From Candidatus Poribacteria bacterium (GTDB lineage Bacteria > Poribacteria > WGA-4E > PCPOR2b), in assembly GCA_965215015.1 (NCBI GenBank), contig OZ244042.1, positions 3,936,001-4,000,000 on the forward strand: a stretch of 64,000 bases of DNA. Direction: 5' to 3'. Positions 61,409-64,000 of the stretch are shown piece by piece. A program made the position numbers and the translations under genes. The notes beneath the pieces were generated by a model, which was given only the letters and a program-made list of their open reading frames with translations, was not told the origin of the DNA and ran no database searches. Positions within the stretch are counted from its first letter, which is position 1. Each line of letters opens with the position of its first letter.

Positions 61409-61472
61409 GGGCAACCACAAGGGTGCCCCTACAACCTGCCCAAAACCCGAAATGTTCGGGCGGGGGCTCTAC
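61409..61472. repeat. REP palindrome plus hairpin
   Basis: GGGCAACCACAAGGGTGCCCCTAC, same family as 47407 and 60291. Confidence 0.75.
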
Positions 61473-61560
61473 ACTGTTGCACGATTTCTTTACATGAGCG
61501 TCATCGTTATTACCCAATCCACGTTAAAATCTCCGGTAGACAATGGAGGAAAAATCCACA

Positions 61561-62478
61561 ATGACCGTTCGTGAGATTCAACAAACTGGACCTTATTGTT
61601 ATACCTACTCCCCATTCCACCCACCCATTGTAGAGGTGACGCCCGGCGAGATGGTCTGTATCCATACGGTAGATGCCTTTGAAAACAAGCTAACACCCGA
61701 AGTTGAGCACTTTTCGGATGTCTGTACCTATCCTTTCTTAAATCCGCAGACGGGTCCCATTCTGGTCGAAGGTGCCGAACCGGGGGATACACTTGTTGTC
61801 AAAATCCACACCATCGAACCTACGCGAGACTATGCGGTTACTGGAACGATACCGTACTTTGGAGGCCTGACCTCCACACGGTTGGATCCGATGCTTCAGG
61901 ACGCCCTAGAGGAACAGTGGCTTTTCCTGCCTCTTGAGGAATCTGGTATCCGCTTCGACGAAAAGCGGGTAATTCCCTACGAACCTTTCATGGGCACGAT
62001 GGGCGTCGCCCCGGAGATTGAAGCTGTTAATGCGTTGACGCCCGATTATTATGGCGGAAATATGGACTGCGTCGATACCTGTCCGGGAAACGAGGTCTGG
62101 TTTCCGGTGCTAGTGGAGGGGGCACACTTTTTTACCGGGGATGCACACGCGAGCCAAGGGGATGGAGAGCTCACCGGTGTTGCGCTCGAAATTCCAGCGA
62201 AAGTGACTGTGACCTTTGATTTGAAGAAAGGGTATTCGATCGGATGGCCCCGCATTGTGAGTGATGATTTTATTATGGTGGCTGGCAGTGCGAGGCCGTT
62301 AGATGCGGCAGCCCGCATCGCTTGGGTGGAGCTGATAGACTGGATGGTGGCAGATTATGGATTTGATCGGTTGAGAGCCTATCACTTCCTTGGGCAGGTT
62401 GGACAAATGCGGCTGGGTAATATGGTGGATCCGAAATTTACTATGGTTGCTAAATGTCCGCGGAAGTATTTGTCGTGA
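61561..62478 (+). CDS. Acetamidase/formamidase family protein
   Basis: [31 protein letters not shown]; start may be ATG 61543. Confidence 0.93.
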   Translation: MTVREIQQTGPYCYTYSPFHPPIVEVTPGEMVCIHTVDAFENKLTPEVEHFSDVCTYPFLNPQTGPILVEGAEPGDTLVVKIHTIEPTRDYAVTGTIPYFGGLTSTRLDPMLQDALEEQWLFLPLEESGIRFDEKRVIPYEPFMGTMGVAPEIEAVNALTPDYYGGNMDCVDTCPGNEVWFPVLVEGAHFFTGDAHASQGDGELTGVALEIPAKVTVTFDLKKGYSIGWPRIVSDDFIMVAGSARPLDAAARIAWVELIDWMVADYGFDRLRAYHFLGQVGQMRLGNMVDPKFTMVAKCPRKYLS

Positions 62479-62497
62479 GCGAAGGAGATTATCGAAT

Positions 62498-64000
62498 ATG
62501 CTTGCCAGAGTTTTGAGCAGTGCTGTAATGGGGATTGATGCTTATATTGTCGAGGTTGAGCTGGATATTTCCGACGGATTGCCCGCTTTCGCGACAGTAG
62601 GTCTGCCAGACAGTGCTGTCAAAGAGAGCCGAGAGCGTGTCACCGCTGCAATTAAGAATTCAGGGTTCTATTTTCCCCCCAGTCGAATTACGGCGAATCT
62701 CGCTCCTGCCGATGTTCGGAAAGAGGGGTCCGCGTTCGATTTGCCTATCGCGTTGGGGGTGATGGCAGCGACCGGACAGATTCAGACTGACAATTTTGAG
62801 CAGCTGCTGGTGTTGGGCGAATTAGCACTTGATGGAAGTATTCGGTCGGTGCACGGTTGTCTTCCGATGGCAGCCATTGCAAAAGAGAATCAACTCAAGG
62901 GGGTTATTCTACCGAAGGCAAATGCGAAGGAAGCAGCGGTTATTGATGATTTAGAGGTTTATCCAGTGGAGACGTTACAGGAGGTGGTCGAACACCTGAA
63001 CGGGCAAAGCACCCTCCCGCCCTTCCAATACGATATTCGGGAAGCATTTGACCAACATTCAGAGTATCCCGTTGATTTTGTCGATGTCAAAGGACAAGAA
63101 CATGTCAAACGAGCCATTGAAGTCGCCGCTGCGGGTGGGCATAATCTAATCATGATTGGTCCCCCTGGCTCCGGCAAGACCATGATTGCCAAACGCATCC
63201 CGACCATTCTGCCGGATATGACGCTGGAGGAAGCCCTTGAGACAACGAAGATTCATAGCATCATGGGGCTGCTCGGAAGCGATGTCCCATTGATTGCGAC
63301 ACGGCCTTATCGCTCTCCGCATCATACAATCTCCGATGCCGGCCTAATCGGTGGCGGCAAATTTCCTCGCCCCGGCGAGGTGAGTCTTTCCCATCATGGC
63401 GTTCTGTTTCTGGACGAATTGCCCGAATTCCGAAAGAATGTGCTGGAAGTGATGCGCCAACCACTTGAGGACGGACAGGTAGCAATTGCCCGCGCCGCTG
63501 CATCCTACACTTATCCCGCCAATTTCATGCTAGTTGCGGCGATGAATCCGTGTCCGTGCGGCTTTTTCGGTGATCCAAGCCGTGAATGTCGATGTTCGCG
63601 ACAGCAAATCCAAAATTACATTTCCCGCATTTCGGGCCCCTTGCTTGATCGAATAGATTTACAGGTGGAAGTGCCTGCTGTCAAGTACAAGGATTTGGCA
63701 AGTGACTTCGCGGGTGAACCTTCGGCGAGCATCCGTGAACGGGTACAGCGGGCGCGTCATATCCAGCAGAAACGCTTCACGCAGACGCAAATCTACTGCA
63801 ATGCTAATATGGAATCTCGCCACCTCCGCGAATTTTGCAAAGTTGAAGACGCCGCACAGGAGTTGCTGCGTGTTGCGATTACACAGTTGGGTTTGAGTGC
63901 TCGTGCTTATGACCGCATCTTGAAAGTTGCACGGACAATCGCTGACCTTGCAGCAAGCCCAACCATCGAAGCGGAGCATGTTTCAGAGGCGATTCAGTAT
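62498..64000 (+). CDS. comM: YifB/ComM Mg-chelatase-like AAA+ ATPase (stop lies beyond window)
   Basis: Not in ORF track. Manual translation [64 protein letters not shown]; RBS AAGGAG. Confidence 0.96.
   Translation, partial: MLARVLSSAVMGIDAYIVEVELDISDGLPAFATVGLPDSAVKESRERVTAAIKNSGFYFPPSRITANLAPADVRKEGSAFDLPIALGVMAATGQIQTDNFEQLLVLGELALDGSIRSVHGCLPMAAIAKENQLKGVILPKANAKEAAVIDDLEVYPVETLQEVVEHLNGQSTLPPFQYDIREAFDQHSEYPVDFVDVKGQEHVKRAIEVAAAGGHNLIMIGPPGSGKTMIAKRIPTILPDMTLEEALETTKIHSIMGLLGSDVPLIATRPYRSPHHTISDAGLIGGGKFPRPGEVSLSHHGVLFLDELPEFRKNVLEVMRQPLEDGQVAIARAAASYTYPANFMLVAAMNPCPCGFFGDPSRECRCSRQQIQNYISRISGPLLDRIDLQVEVPAVKYKDLASDFAGEPSASIRERVQRARHIQQKRFTQTQIYCNANMESRHLREFCKVEDAAQELLRVAITQLGLSARAYDRILKVARTIADLAASPTIEAEHVSEAIQY

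Overview
Bacterial chromosomal window of roughly balanced GC content. The PhyH-family dioxygenase, sulfatase and amidohydrolase content and the dense intergenic palindromes suggest a Candidatus Poribacteria-like organism (inference only). It holds a conserved translation superoperon (rimP-nusA-ylxR-infB-DUF503-rbfA-nrnA-truB-ribF-rpsO-pnp), gcvTHP, trkAH, two ECF sigma factors (one with a ZAS anti-sigma), recQ, cysC, korAB, a partial comM/yifB and many catabolic enzymes of unknown substrate. I saw no tRNA, rRNA, CRISPR array or intact transposase. Four signals stand out. (1) Palindromic DNA appears inserted in frame in four proteins (amidohydrolase, GcvP, RecQ, DUF6599 lipoprotein); two of the inserts resemble the intergenic palindromes. 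(2) Four transposase-less IS200/IS605-type remnants carry omegaRNA-like ends; one keeps a 41-aa TnpB stub and one has its own promoter and a structured noncoding body. (3) An Nma111/Deg7-like protease lies next to a nuclease-fold/cyclophilin fusion with Asp-to-Asn substitutions. (4) There is a ceramide-glucosyltransferase-like GT plus radical SAM pair, and a UxaA-family protein with an internal duplication whose halves have decayed complementarily. All calls come from reading motifs by eye; no searches were run.
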